From: Squalus acanthias
Lineage: Eukaryota
Direction of reading: 5' to 3'
Assembly: GCA_030390025.1 (NCBI GenBank)
Contig: CM059434.1
Location: 127,286,001 to 127,350,000, forward strand
DNA length: 64,000 nt
Below, one piece after another: positions 1 through 13,900 of the stretch. The translations under genes were made by a program, and so were the position numbers. The first letter of the stretch is position 1; the number at the start of each line of letters is the position of its first letter. The notes beneath the pieces were generated by a model. That model saw only the letters and a program-made list of their open reading frames with translations. It had not been told where the DNA came from and did not search any database.

Positions 1-267
1 GGTCCCAAGGTAGCAGTGCTAACCAGAAAAAGTTATGCGCCTGCTCCTTCAAAAAATTCCTTCAGAGGCACTCTCAACAAATCTGAATCACGCCTATGCT
101 CTTTGTGCATGCGTCCAGTCTGCGACATACGAGATCATTCAATGCAACTTTGCCAGCGATGGTAGAAAATTATTCTGAGCCAGTGAGTTTCAGAACCCTT
201 TATATAAGCCTTTAGTTCCAACGTACAATTTCCTTTCATGCTTGCCAAAGTAGATATAGGGGAAAAG

Positions 268-693
268 AGAGGAACTGGCATTTATATAGTGCCTTATGAC
301 CTCAGGAAATCCCAAAGCATTTAACAACCAATGAATTACTTTTGAAGGGTAGCCCATATTGTGTGGGCAAACATGGCAGCCAATTTGAATACAGCAAGGT
401 CCCACAAACGGCAAAGGAGTTTAATGACCAGTTAGTCTGTGGTTCTGGTTGAAGGAGGTAAGTTTGCCAGGCTACTGGGAAAACTTGCTGCTTCTATTTG
501 AATACTATCTAGGGATCTGCCATGCCTATCTAAACAGGCAGATGAATCTGAAAAACAGCACCTCTTCACAGCACAGTAGTCCCTCAGCACTGCACTGAAG
601 TGACGACGTAGATTATGTGCTGCGGTCCTGGAGTGGAGCTTCAATCCACTGCCTTCTGAATCAGTCAAGAGTGCTACCGATTGAGATAAGCTG
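268..693 (-). mobile_element. Deu-domain SINE (SacSINE1-like), nearly full length
   Basis: Reverse complement of the family seen at 1319-1645 (atataaatgc tail, ctgtgcacaaattggctgc-like core). Confidence 0.7.
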
Positions 694-1318
694 GAACCTA
701 ATGGGAGTGAGAAACTCATTCCCATTCCTGTTAGTGAACAGTAAAACAGCAAATACTATAAATTTTAAATAAAAACAGAAAATGCTGGCAATATGGAGCA
801 GGTCCCTTGTCAGAACTGGTAACCGTGAGATAAGAGCCCTTTAATGGAGCTGAATAAAACGGGAAGGCGAGAACAACAGGTAAAAATCAACAATGAGGAA
901 TATTGACTGCTCTGAGTGGAGTCACTGGGTACAAGTCCAGCAAAAACAGGCTATTGAAAAGCTGGAAAGGAATGAAAATGTGTGGGTGATGTCTAAAGGT
1001 AGTCTCTGAGGCATTGAAAAGTCATTAAAAAGGACAAAATGTTATGAAAATAGCCAAATAAGGCCGATAACGTGCTTGGGAAAGATTCTCACAGAAAAGA
1101 TTGCAAATTCAGTAACTAAAAATATAAAATGCCAGGCACACAGATTTGCCGGCACCCTAAAAGGGAAAATACAGTCCCAACACCTTGGGGTACGGACCAC
1201 TCGCCAGAATTGTGTTTGGACAAAAGGTCGACATCGAAAGGCCAACCTGCATCCTCTACCCCAGCATCACCTGTGTCCAAAAAAATGGAGGAACTAGCAA
1301 AGCTTTGAAGTTAGCAAA

Positions 1319-1645
1319 ACTGAAGTGCTGTCTTTCAGATAAGGCATTGAACCGAAACCCTGTCTGCCCCCTCAGATGGATGTAAAATATCCCATGACAC
1401 TATTTCGAAGGACAGCAGTGACGTTCTCCCTGGTGTCCTGGCCAATATTTATCCCTCAATCAACATCACTAAAACGGATTATCTGGTCATTATCACAGTT
1501 TGTGGGAACTTGCTGTGTGCAAATTACTACCGCGTGCCCTATATTACAATAGTGACTACACTTCAAAAGTGGTTCACTGGCTGTAAAGCACTTTGTGACA
1601 TCCTGAGGTCATGAAAGGTGCTACATAAATGCAAGATCTTCTTTT
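1319..1645 (+). mobile_element. Deu-domain SINE (SacSINE1-like)
   Basis: gtgctgtctttcagat...gtcctggccaatatttatccctcaa...aaaggtgctacataaatgcaag; many copies in the window. Confidence 0.75.
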
Positions 1646-1802
1646 GTTCTTTACTTGTCACTTGGATCATGGCCATGCTACATTTGCCTCTGAAAATTAA
1701 CCTCAAGGCTCCAGAAGAGAGAAGGAAAGCAATCAGCAAATTTGTCTTTGCAATAGCTGCAAACAGATCTCATAATACCACAAGGTAGGGCATGTCTGCC
1801 AG

Positions 1803-4232
1803 ACATGGGGCCTGCAGCAGGTGGTGAGAGAACCAACACGAGGGGAAAAACCTACTTGACCTCCGTCCTCGCCAATCTAGCTGTCGCAGATGCATCTGTC
1901 CATGACAGTATTGGTAGGAGTGACCACCGCATAGTCCTTATGGAGACGAAGTCCCATCTTCACACTGAGGGCACTCTCTATCGTGTTGTGTCGCACTACC
2001 ACCATGCTAAATGGGATAGATTCAGAATAGATCTAATGGTGCAAAAATGGGTATCGATTAGGCGCTGCGGGCTATCATCAGCAGCAGAATTGTACACCAC
2101 CACAATCTGTAATCTCATGGCCTGGCATATCCCTCACTCTATCATTACCATCAAGCCAGGGGACTAACCCTGGTTCAATGAGGAGTGTAGAAGAATATGC
2201 CAGGAGCAGCACCAGGTGTACCTAAAAATGATGTGCCAACCTGGTGAAACTATAACACAGGACCAAATACATGCTAAACAGCGGAAGAGCTAAGTGATCC
2301 CACAACCAACGATTAGATCAAAGCTCTGCAGTCCTGCCGCATCCCGTTGTGAATGGTAGTGGACAATTAAACAACTCATGGGAGGAGGAGGCTCCATGAA
2401 CATCCCCATCCTGAATGATGACGGAGCCCAGCACATGAGTGCAAAAGACAAAACTGAACCATTCGCAACCATCTTCAGCCATAAGTGCCGAGTGGGTGAT
2501 TCATCTCGGCCTCCTCCTGAGGTCCCCACCATCACAGAAGCCAGTCTTCAGCCAGTTCGATTCACTCCACGTGATATCAGGAAACGGCTGAGTGCATGGG
2601 ATGCAGCCAAGGCTATGGGCCCCGACAACATCCTGGCTGTTGTGCTGAAGACTTGTGCTCCAGAACTAGCCGCACCTCTAGCCAAGCTGTTCCAGTACAG
2701 CTACAACACTGGCATCTACCCGACAATGTGGAAAATTGCCCTGGTATGTCCTGTCCACAAAAAGCAGGATAAGTCCAATTCGGCCAATTAGCGCCCCATC
2801 AGTCTACTCTCAATCATCAGCCAAGTGATAGAAGGTGTCGTCGACACGTGCTATCAAGCGGCACTTACGCACCAGTAACCTGCTCACCGATGTTCAGTTT
2901 GGGTTCCGCCAGGACCACTCGGCTCCAGGCCTCATTACAGCCTTGGTCTGAACATGGACAAAAGAGCTGAATTCCAGAGGTGAGGTGAGAGTGACTGCCC
3001 TTGACATCAAGGCAGCATTTGACTGTGTGCCATCAAGGAGCCCTAGTAAAATTGAAGCCAATAGGAATCTGGGAAAACTCTGCACTGACTGGAGTCATAC
3101 TGCGCATAAAGGAAGATGGTTGTGGATGTTGGATGCCAATCATTGCAGCCCACGGGCATCCTCAGGACAGTGTCCTAGGCCCCACCATCTTCAACTGCTT
3201 CATCAATGACCTTCCCTCCATCATCGGGATACTGAATTGGAGGATCAGCCATGATCTCATTAAATGGCGGAGCAGGCTCGAAGGGCCGGATGGCCTACTC
3301 CTGCTCCTATCTTCTATGTATCTATGTATCTATAAGGTCAGAAGTTGGGATGTTACCTGATGATTGCAGTGTTCAGTTGCATTCGCACCTCCTCGGATAA
3401 TGAAGCAGTCCGTGCCCACATACAGCAAGATCTGGACGACATTCAGGCTTGGGCTGATAAGTGGCGAGTAACATTCGTGCCACACAAGTGCCAGGCAATG
3501 ACTATCTCCAACAAGAGAGTCTAAGCACCGCCTCTTGACATTCAATGGCGTTACCATCGCTGATTCCCCCACCATCAACATCCTGGGGGGATTACCATTG
3601 ACCAGAAACTTAACTGGACCAGCCACATAAATACTGTGGCTACAAGAGCAGGTCAGAGGCTGGGTATTCGGCGAGTGTCTCACCTTCTGACTCCCCAAAG
3701 CCTTTTCACCATCTACAAGGCACAAGTAAGGAGTGTGATGGAATACTCTCCACTTGCCTGGATGAGTGTAGTTCCAACAACACTCAAGAAGCTCGACACC
3801 ATCCAGGACAAAGCAACCTGCTTGATTGGCACCCCATCTACCACCTTAAACATTCACTCCCTCCACCATGCGTACCATGGCTGCAGTGTGTACCATCTAC
3901 AAGATGCACTGCAGGAACTTGCCAAGGTATCTTCGACAGCACCTTCCAAACCTGAGAGCTTTACCATTTTAGAAGGACAAGGGCAGCAGGCGTATGGGAA
4001 CACGATCACTTCCAAGTTCCCCTACAAGTCACACATCATCCTGACTTGGAATTATAATGCCGTTCTTTTATCGTCGCTGAGTCAAAATCCTGGAACTCCC
4101 TCCCTAACAGCACTGCGGGAGTACCTTCATCACGCAGTTCAAAAGGGCGCCACCTTCTCCAGGGCAATTTGGGATGAGCAATAAATACTGGTCTTGCCAG
4201 TGACGCCCACGTCCCATGAACAAATTTAAAAT
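1803..4232 (+). mobile_element. 5'-truncated, decayed non-LTR retrotransposon (CR1/Jockey-group) ORF2 and 3' end
   Basis: SDH endonuclease end, AMGPDNI..VLKTCAPELAAPLAKLFQ, ALDIKAAFD, PQDSVLGP..F..FINDL, QVRSVMEYSPLAW; stops and frameshifts. Confidence 0.9.
3225..3333 (+). mobile_element. CR1/HER1-type 3' tail nested inside the LINE RT region
   Basis: gatcagccatgatctcattaaatggcggagcaggctcgaaggg...(ctatgtat)n interrupts NDLPSII|RSEVGM. Confidence 0.8.
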
Positions 4233-4337
4233 AAGTTGTCTATCTCATTTGGTATTCTGTGTTGGAGCACAGTTGTGCTAATTTACAAATATATAAATTT
4301 GTCAAGTTTGGCAGCAACTCTGTTATTTTATGTTATG

Positions 4338-4489
4338 AGCGCACGTCAACCCAAGCACCCCACCCACCCACCGTCTGCCCCACCTGTGACCGAGACTAGG
4401 TCCCGCATTGGACTCATCAGTCACCTGAGAACTCATTTTTAATGTGGAAGCAAGTCATCCTCCGTTCCGAGGGACTGCCTAAGAAGAAG
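4338..4489 (+). mobile_element. RTE-clade LINE 3' end
   Basis: CPTC...SRIGLISHLRTH zinc-finger-like end, short UTR and (aag)3 tail. Confidence 0.7.
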
Positions 4490-6082
4490 TGGTATTTTAT
4501 GTCTGGAGGTAGGAGTTTGGCTCAGACTAGCTGGTATGGTCGGGGTGTAGTCCTCTCGAATCTTGTCCAGCCAGTCATTTTTAATGCATGAGCCCAGACA
4601 GTGAATCTTGGCAGACTATTAGATGGTGCAGCGCATCACAGATGAGCACAATTTTCACATCTATGTAGATGCGTTTTCTGGCAGGGGTCAGCATTAGCAG
4701 CAGGGGCCCTGGCTAAACTCTTTCTCCCCACCCTTCCCAAGGCCAGGAACACAGGCAATTAACGGTGCTTCAATTTGACATCAGATAACGACGTGCATAT
4801 TGATTCTGGAACTTTCCTGGTATGTCTGCTCATTGGAACATTTTACATGGAAAAGCTTAAGAAAGGAGGTTGCTCACACATTTGAGTGAGAATGGTTTAG
4901 GAGCTTTGTAGTGCATATTTATAAATTAAATACATAGCTTTTTCCACCTTTTGGTGCAGACTTGGGGCTGAGTAGGTGGCATTTGAGGGAAACTGTGCTT
5001 TAGTTCAGCCTTGGTTAGTGACCTGATTTTTAAAATTTTTTTTAATGCCATCTTAATAGAAAAGCAGTGTTCACACTCCTGCATACCTCAGGCAATTCAA
5101 CACAACCTAATGAATTTAAACCAAGGATTTGAAGGATTATTCTGATTACCCTCTGTGTTTGTGTAACTCCTCATTAAAGTACTGTTGGAGCGGATTTTGA
5201 GGGGAAAAAAAGCCTATTCTTTGAAGTTGACGAGTGAAAGCACATTGCTGCATTTTGTATTGTAGGATAATTATTTCAAAGCTTGGCTGCCTTCTGTCCC
5301 TGTGGTGCTAGTTTTTAGTGTACAAAAGTGCTTTTAGGATCCTTTGATCAAGACCTTCAGGGAGGACAATTGGCTTTGCCAACTTGAAATCCTGGATCAT
5401 CTTGCACCGCACGGGATGGGTAGAGGAGCGCTTAATTTCCAGTGTTTTGTTGGCACCGTTCACAAACAATTAAATTGCTTGACATTAGTCAAAGGCGGTG
5501 GCTACTGAAGCTTGTGAGTTTTTTAAAGAATTGCTAACATGGGCATTATTTCTCTCCCCTCCCTTCCTGTCCTGAAGGTGCTGACTCTTTGGTGGGTTAT
5601 GGTTCTTTAGCTGTCGGCAGCCCTCTGGTATCTTGCCTAATCCAGTAGCGGAGCCAGTGGGGAGTCGGCTGATTGCTCTGGCTGATTGCTATTCTCGCCC
5701 CCCCCGCCCCCCCCCTCCCGCAACTAACCTAGGGGTGCCGAGAGCTGAGCTCGTGTGTTATGCCTCAATTGCAGGACTGACGAGATCAACTGATTTGGCA
5801 CAAACTGGGGTTTGAGTTTGATGATCTGTTTGGCTCAGTACCACAATGGCTGGTACATTTACCCACGAAAATGATCGGGGGGTGGGGGAAAGCTGCAGCT
5901 TCTCAATTGAACTGGTAATGTTTATAATGCTTGAGCACCACCATCAGGCCTAAATCAGCCAAAAACTGTGTTTCAGATGTTGGCAAAAAAAATTTTGTGG
6001 GACAAAAAGTGCCTGTGATCAGTCATTTATAGTTCCTACACAAATTAGAATTTTAAAAAATGTACAAAAGGTAAGATTAATG

Positions 6083-6297
6083 AAAGAACTTGCATTTATA
6101 CAACGCTTTTCACATCCTGAGGCTGTCACAAAGCGCTTTACAATTAATGAAGTACTTTTGAAGCGTAGTCACTGTTATAATGTAGGAAACGTGGCAGCCA
6201 ATCTGCACATAGCACAATCCCACAAGTAGTAACAGGATCATGACCAGATAATCTGTTTGTGATGTTGGTTAAGCAATAATTGTTAGCCAGGGCACTT
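6083..6297 (-). mobile_element. Deu-domain SINE 3' part
   Basis: aaagaacttgcatttatac...gtagtcactgttataatgtaggaaac matches the family in reverse. Confidence 0.7.
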
Positions 6298-7185
6298 GGC
6301 CCAAAAAAATTGTCTCTGATTGTTGTTGTTTCTTAATTTCAATCTGCTTTAATTCCACCTTTATTGAGAAATAGTCTACAGCTGATTAGTGTGAAATTCC
6401 TAGTACAGGATGTATAGCAAGCATGGTGTCCTTGTTTGATTGTTCATGGTCTCCTTAAAACTACTCTGTGGAATATCCTAGTAGAATTTGGATTATTCCA
6501 ATACAGTTTTCTTGTGTTGAGTACAGCACATAATGCAGTTAATTTGCTGAAATGTAATATTTAGTTTGTAGCCATCTGAAGTTCAACTTTAGATGGTTTT
6601 AAGTCTCCAATAGACAGAGCTGTAATATAGCACAAACTGCACTTGACCTAAATCATTGAGGCCGCTGTGTTTTTAATAACTTGAAGTATTCTTCCCCTTC
6701 CCTTCCCTTCCTCATTAAACTCTTTCTGTACTTCTACAATGGGTTGGAAAGCAACACAGGCAACCTTGTGTAAAATACACTGATTTGGTTTCTTCTCTTC
6801 GCTCCCCTTCTCGTCTTTTTCAAATAGCAGTCTATCTGCCTGTAAATATGATAACCGCGTCGTAGCAACGACTCAAACCAATCATGCTGGCCACAAATGA
6901 CCTTGTTTCACTAAGTTCTTTGTTTGTAAGTACAGGTCTGTCTGTGATTCTGTAAAACATTAACAGCGAATTGCCTGCATGATTCTTTTGCACAAGAATG
7001 TTGCGAGGGCTGAATGCAAGTTAACCACTTAGTCTGCTTCCAACTTGGGTAGCAGTGAGCTGTCTTCCCTTTGACTCGCCACCCCCCCCTCCACATCTCT
7101 ATCGGTGCTGGAAACTAGCTCAAAATCTTCTCTGCTTGCTCTCGAAGTTTGTAAAATTAGCTTGGGCTGTCTCTATCCACTTTGT

Positions 7186-7400
7186 AGTCCTGGCCAATAT
7201 TTATCCCTCAACCAACATTACTAAAAACAGATTATCTGGCCAATATCACATTGCTGTTTGTGGGACCTTACTGTGCACAAATTGGCTGCTGCGTTTCCAA
7301 CGTTACTACAGTGACTGCACTTCACAGCCAATTAAGTATTTTTGAAGCGCTTTGGGATGAATTGAGGTTCTGAAAGGCACTGTATAAATGCAAATCTTTC
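7186..7400 (+). mobile_element. Deu-domain SINE 3' part
   Basis: gtcctggccaatatttatccctcaacc...tataaatgcaaatctttc. Confidence 0.72.
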
Positions 7401-8777
7401 ATGCAGTTCCACAACAGAAACTTTCCACGGTTTAGCACTAAAATTGACTGTCTCTAACGCCATAAAGATGGCTGGTGTGTGAAATGGAAAAAATTGACGC
7501 TGGTACAGTACAATTTTGAAGTTGGTATTGAAATGAGACGAGAGGAGCTTTACCCTGCAGCTGTCTACTATTGCCTGACCTGTGTGTGGTTAATGCTGAG
7601 TGCCAAAAGTAAAAATATATTCCTTCGCACCAAAATCCCTTACTTTGAATACAAAAGACCAACGGGTATAAATTTAGCTAAGTGTTGCTGCAAGAATTTC
7701 AGTCAAGTGCAAGTGTAACATTGTCATGTTATTAATTTGAAACGTGGAAAAACACCCGAGAGTGCAGTTATAGACATCGTTCACTTAAATTTGGTTACAT
7801 CTGATGAGCAAATTGAGCTATATAGTATGAACAGTAAGTAACTACACGTAGTTACGGGTCTGTTCCTGACTAGGGGCCGTTTGAGTAAATTTAAAGCATT
7901 GCAATGTTAAAGAAAGGCTCCCTCCTTACACCCAGTAACTTATTAGTACCAGTACTGGGTGGAAGTATCCATTTTTCACTGGTGCTATTGCTTTTTCACA
8001 TTTTGTAGATATAAATAGAGGATATATGACTTGCCCCAGCAATTTGTAAGCTAATTCCACATGCCAACTCAATGCACAAGACACGTGCATCATTAATGCA
8101 TCAGATCATGGGCATGTGTAGAAGTCTCAGATCCTATTCAGTTCAGATTAAGCGCAATAATCTTTTTTTTCTAATTGGTTAAGTTGCAGTTCACTGTCTC
8201 TTTTTTTCCTGTTTAGCTTTTAAAGTTGATTTGATCCTGGCATCGTGTGTGGAAATAATTCCTAACTGCTAGTCGTTCTACGGCTCCTTCAACTCTAAAG
8301 ACACGTTTGCCACATAGGTTGAATGTTGATATAAACATTTTACTCACGTCGCCACACATGCTGAGCAGACTTAGCCCACTATCCTAGGACTTGCTATTAT
8401 TAGCCTCTTCTGAAGTAATGGAATTAATTGCTCCTTTTTTAAGAAAAGCAAATACATTTGCATCATCTATGCAGTATATTTTTCAGAGCAAAACGTGGAA
8501 TATTTTTGGAAATTAGTTTTTATTGTTTTAATATATTATGCACAAGCTTTAAAATTCCTCTCTGAAAGTGGTACTTTGGCTCGATAGTTTCTGGGAACAC
8601 CACTTGCTACGCTGGCACGTGAAAATGTTGATGTTGCGTATGGGCAGTGCCGCACGTGGATCCTTACCCGTGGTTTCATTTATGGCGAAGAAATTGTTGG
8701 CCTGTAGTTTTATCTGCTGCCACCTAAGTCAGAATTGGACCATCAAATCCACAATGTAGATGTTGTTTGGGCCCTAA

Positions 8778-9082
8778 TCTAGACTGGCACTTCACTGGAG
8801 TACTGAGGGTGGTGCTGTCTTTCAGATGAGTCGTTAAACCGAGGCCCCGTCTGCCCCCCTCCGGCAGATCTTCCGGCAATATTTAAAGAGTAGCTGGGGG
8901 CATTCTCTTGGTGTCCTGGGCAATATTTATCCTGCCTCAGCCCATCTGCTGCTGAAACCCTCATCCATGCTTTTGCTGCCTCCAGACACGACTATTCCAT
9001 TGCACTCCTGACCTGCCTCCCATCTTCCACCCTCCGTAGCCTTTAGCTCATCCAAAACTCTGCTGCCCGAATCCTAACTCAC
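8778..9082 (+). mobile_element. Deu SINE fragment joined to an L2 LINE fragment
   Basis: SINE core to ~8933, then ETLIHAF..SR.DYS..LL..LP...LIQNSAAR.LT (L2 ORF2 C-terminal part). Confidence 0.65.
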
Positions 9083-9914
9083 TAGGTCCAAATGTAACCG
9101 TGACTATATTTTATACAAAAAGTATCATTTGGTTTATTATAGCTGAACGCATCACTTTCTCCTGTTCAAATGACTGCTCTTGAGATTCTAAGTAGTTTTG
9201 TAGTTCATTTTTGCAATTGCAAAGTTTTTGACTGGGGCTATGAGGTGGATTTACATTTTGTTGCGAGTTCCCAGTTGATTGACGTTGGCGAATCTTAACT
9301 GAGGCAGAGAACTATTTGAAATTTCACGGTTTTAGTATTTGATTTGTAATGGGTTGTGATCTCAATCATAGTACTTGCTGTAGATGCACTTGAAATGTGT
9401 ACATTCAAATGAATTGAAAGAGAGTGAGTCAGCAGGTGCTTTTCTCCACTTTAGTTTCTGTACAGTATGAAGCAGTTACCTTCGTGATATTCATACAAAG
9501 GTTCATGACCAAGGCCACTAATTCACGGTGTTCACAGAAAAATGAATGGAATTGTAGCACCGAATCGCCAAAATCCCAGTATCTCATGAAATAAAAATGG
9601 GATTCGATTTATTCAGTCAGTATAATCACTGGCCTTGCTTTTGGCCCATATTGTTCACTGAACTGTAGGTTAATCTTGAACTTAGTAGATTCTTGCTGCT
9701 TCGGTGTGGACCACACCTGAAAATGTGCATTACAAGAACTTGCAATTTTAAGACACATTCTTCGGGTTAATTCGCAAGTTTACAGGGTTTGGATATGAAA
9801 GGCATTTCAAAGCCAGTGATTTCATCCTTCCATTATACCATTCTGCTGTCTTCCCATTACAGTTGTAACTTCCCTAACTGTACAGCCACAGATGTCCCCC
9901 TAATGGCCATGTGT

Positions 9915-10205
9915 CCCGACAATGCAGCACTTCACTGGATCTCTAGGCTACATTATGTGAAGTCCTTGAGTGGGCTTGATATCAGAACCCTTTGAGGCGA
10001 GATTGCTGCCAACACAGCTAAGCTAACACTTAAAGAAAAAAAGAAAGACTTGCATTTCTATAGCGCTTTTCACGACCACCAGACGTCCCAAAGCGCTTTA
10101 CAGCCGATGAAGTACTTTTGGCGTGTAGTCACTGTTGTAATGTAGGAAACGCAGCAGCCAATTTGCGCACAGCAAGCTCCCACAAACAGCAATGTGATAA
10201 TGACC
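9915..10205 (-). mobile_element. Two adjacent Deu SINE fragments (decayed head, younger tail)
   Basis: 9915-10030 resembles 580-690; 10040-10205 is a clean reverse tail copy. Confidence 0.65.
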
Positions 10206-10831
10206 GGAATTTTTTTCAACTGTAATGAATCCAAAAATTTGTATAATTGAGAGATTGTGCGCAGTTTCAGAAAATGTTAACTTTACCCTAATGTGTGTGT
10301 GTGTGCAAAAATATTGCCCAATTTTTTTTTTTACATTAACTCGATTTGCAACTTTCTTCATGCCGCATCCTCACAGATTATAGCGTGGTTTGATAGCTTC
10401 TGGGGGAACTGCTTGCTTGGCACGCACATGGTGTTGCAGATAACTGGTGCCATACGTGGTCTTCTGGTCCTGTGTTGTATAAAGCCAAAGGATCTGCACC
10501 TTTTGTGATCATTTTTACCAGTATAAGGTTCTTTGTCCTAAACTTGCGGAGAATGAGAGCCTTGATGTAAGGAGCAAAGTATTCCCATTTCTTCAAAAGG
10601 AGTAGATGAGATTAGTCACTGGTCAGCATCAAACGTTGGCTGATATCCTCGGCTTCAAACTGCTAACAAGGTGGCTGTCTGACTTTTTCAACCTACATTT
10701 TTATTACAAGATATTGAACATTACTAATGGATTGCGAAGTTGAAATAAGCATACTGGTTAAAAATTTAGCAACTAACTGACCAGGTATAAACAATTATTT
10801 AATTTTAAAATATTCAAAACATTGAACAACG

Positions 10832-11255
10832 GGGGTATGGTAGCATGATGTTTGTTAACTGGACTAGTAATCCAGAGGCTAGACTAATGATCTGGAGACA
10901 TGAGTTCAAATCCCACCACAGCAGCTGGGGAATTTAAATTCGGTTCATTAAATAAATCTAGAATAAAAAGCTAGTATCAAACCACTCCGCTAGTGTTCAG
11001 TTCCATTCGCAGCGCCTCAGATAATGAAGTAGTCCGTTCCCGCACGCAGCAAGACCTGGACAGCATTCAGGCTTGGGCTGATGTGTGACAAGTAAAATTT
11101 GGGCCACACAAGTGCCAGGCAATGACCATCTCCAACAAGAGAGAGTCTAACCACCTCCCCTCGATAGTCAGCCTACCATTGCCTAATGCCCCAAGGTGGT
11201 TAGACTCTTGCTGGAGATGGTCATTGCCTGGCAGTTGTGTGGCACGAATGTTACT
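10832..11255 (+). mobile_element. tRNA-derived SINE head followed by a LINE fragment with a fold-back inversion
   Basis: B-box-like gagttcaaatccc at ~10902; 10994-11156 matches LINE 3369-3532; 11194-11255 is an inverted copy of 11091-11156. Confidence 0.72.
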
Positions 11256-11635
11256 GTGCATTTTTAAAAGAGGTTTGAAGACACTATGTTATTTTGGCCT
11301 TGAGGGTATATTTTGTTTGTGGGTTGAGCAATGAAGGATCAGTGCTCTGGTCATAGCGAATAAGTGGACCGTAATTGCAACTGTTCATTCATTTGTGTTT
11401 GGAGTATCAGAAACATTTCACGCCAAACAGTGTTTTGTGGTGATTAGGATTCACTGGAAGAAGTAGGTTCAATTGCAATTGTATTTTATTTTATAGAGCT
11501 TGCTCTGAATAAATTTTCAACCTGTTAGTTGAAATATTGAGGCCACGATGTTCAGCCAGTATGCAAGGTGATGCCTTGTGTACGCTTGTTCAATCTTGTA
11601 TTTTTAAACAGCATTTCATAGTTCTCTGCCTTTAA

Positions 11636-11884
<249 letters not shown>

Positions 11885-12291
11885 TGATACACTGGGGTCT
11901 TGAAACTCAGTTTAGAAGGAACGGTTAGCCTGTGCTCATTGTAGATGTCAAAATTTGTTTTATTTGAGTATTTGAAAAATCTGCTGTTTTAAGGTGTTTT
12001 TTTTGTACATTTTTCAATTTTCTTCATCTGAAAGAGTGAGTGGTCAGATGGAGATTATTCATGACTACCACTAATGTCACTTTATCCCTGATCAAGAATG
12101 CATGCTTGTGATGGGGCAAGACGACACGTTTCTTTTTCTTCTTCTCTCCTTTTAAAGATTTAAACTGATCTGATCTTCTAGTTAGTTTTGTGGGGGCAGG
12201 ATTAAAGTAATATACAGTTGATTTAATTTTTATTCCCGGTTGATTTCCTTTCAATAAATTTGGTACCAAAAAAATTATTTCTTTTTCTTAG

Positions 12292-12567
<276 letters not shown>

Positions 12568-12624
12568 TAATTAAGTATGGGGCACCAAGTTTTTGAGGAT
12601 CTTCCACTGAGTACTTAAACACCT

Positions 12625-13900
12625 GTATTTAAATAGTGCTTTACAACACCTGAAAGATCTCAATGTTTCACAATCACTGAATTTATTTCTTTACAACACA
12701 GTGATTACTGTTATGGAGATAATTGCAACATCAGTTTTGCTGATAGTAAGACCTCATAAACAGCAATAAGGTGAGTAGCCTATCAGTCTGTTTTTGGTGG
12801 TCCGTGGCTGAGGGAGGAATATTGCCCAGGAAACTCCCATTCAGGCATGGAAGGAGAACCCATTTGAAGTGATGTAGTGTCAGTGATGCAACAGGAAAGA
12901 TGGAACCAGGAGAGAGCAGTGCCTTGGAGGCAAACTGCAGAGGAGAGTGGAGTGGTCAATGGTGTTGAAGACAATGGAGAAGTTGAGGATTTGAGACCGT
13001 GATGCATGGTTGCAGTCACACAGGATGTTGGCGGCATTGGCCAGTATGATCTTTGTGTTGTGGGTGAGGCAGAACCCTGATTGAAGATCTCCCACAAGGA
13101 GGTAGTGGAAGCAGAAGGATAGTCAAGCTTGGATGCTTACCAGGTACATTTGAATGAGATCACAGATTTTGTTGTAGGGCGGGAGTCGTGGTGATATCAC
13201 GCGAGAGTGTCCACGATCTGTCAAATGAGTAGCCGAGGCAGTCATGGAGGAGATGGACAAAAGTGGTGGTGTCATCTCGGGTGGCGGGTGTGAGAGGTAG
13301 ATTTTCCAGAGATGGAAAGCTATAGTGTAGGTGCTTTGGTGATGCACAAGATCAAGGATATGAGGAAGTGATCGGTGTGACCGGTTGGTGATGGAGACTT
13401 CCATATCTCAAAACAATGTGTGATAACTGTCAAGGGAATGCTGTGTATGTGGATGGGCAAATCACTGGCAGGTTGGGTTAAGGGAGGTGAGCGGGGCAAG
13501 TACATTAGCATTGATGGGGGAGGGGATGTTCAGCTGGAGGTTGATGTCACTAAGGAGAAATCTTTCCGTGCAAAGAGAATAGATAGGAGAATTCAGCGAC
13601 TAAGGTGGTAGTTAGGGGGGTGTGGTAGATGAGGAAAATCTTTAAGGAAAGGTGCGAAGGGTGCTTGAGCTTGGAGAAGGCACTGAATTAGTAATGGGAG
13701 GGTTTAGGGTATGATTAGAGATGAGCTCAGATGGTAGTCTGAGATTTGCATTAATGTTGGAAACTAGTACAGCATTGCAGGGCTGGAAGCTGGAGAGCAG
13801 TTCTGGGTTAGTCAGGGTTCCCATGGAGATTGGAGAGTCTGTGGTCACTGGATTTCCACTGGAACAGGCAGACAGCACTTCATTGTTTGCATTTCATTTG
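12625..13900 (-). mobile_element. Decayed Deu SINE followed by decayed L2 LINE sequence
   Basis: SINE remnant to ~12840; minus-strand LQSGF...ILNFSIVFNTIDH..LL and ALSWF L2 RT motifs; purine-rich + strand. Confidence 0.6.
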
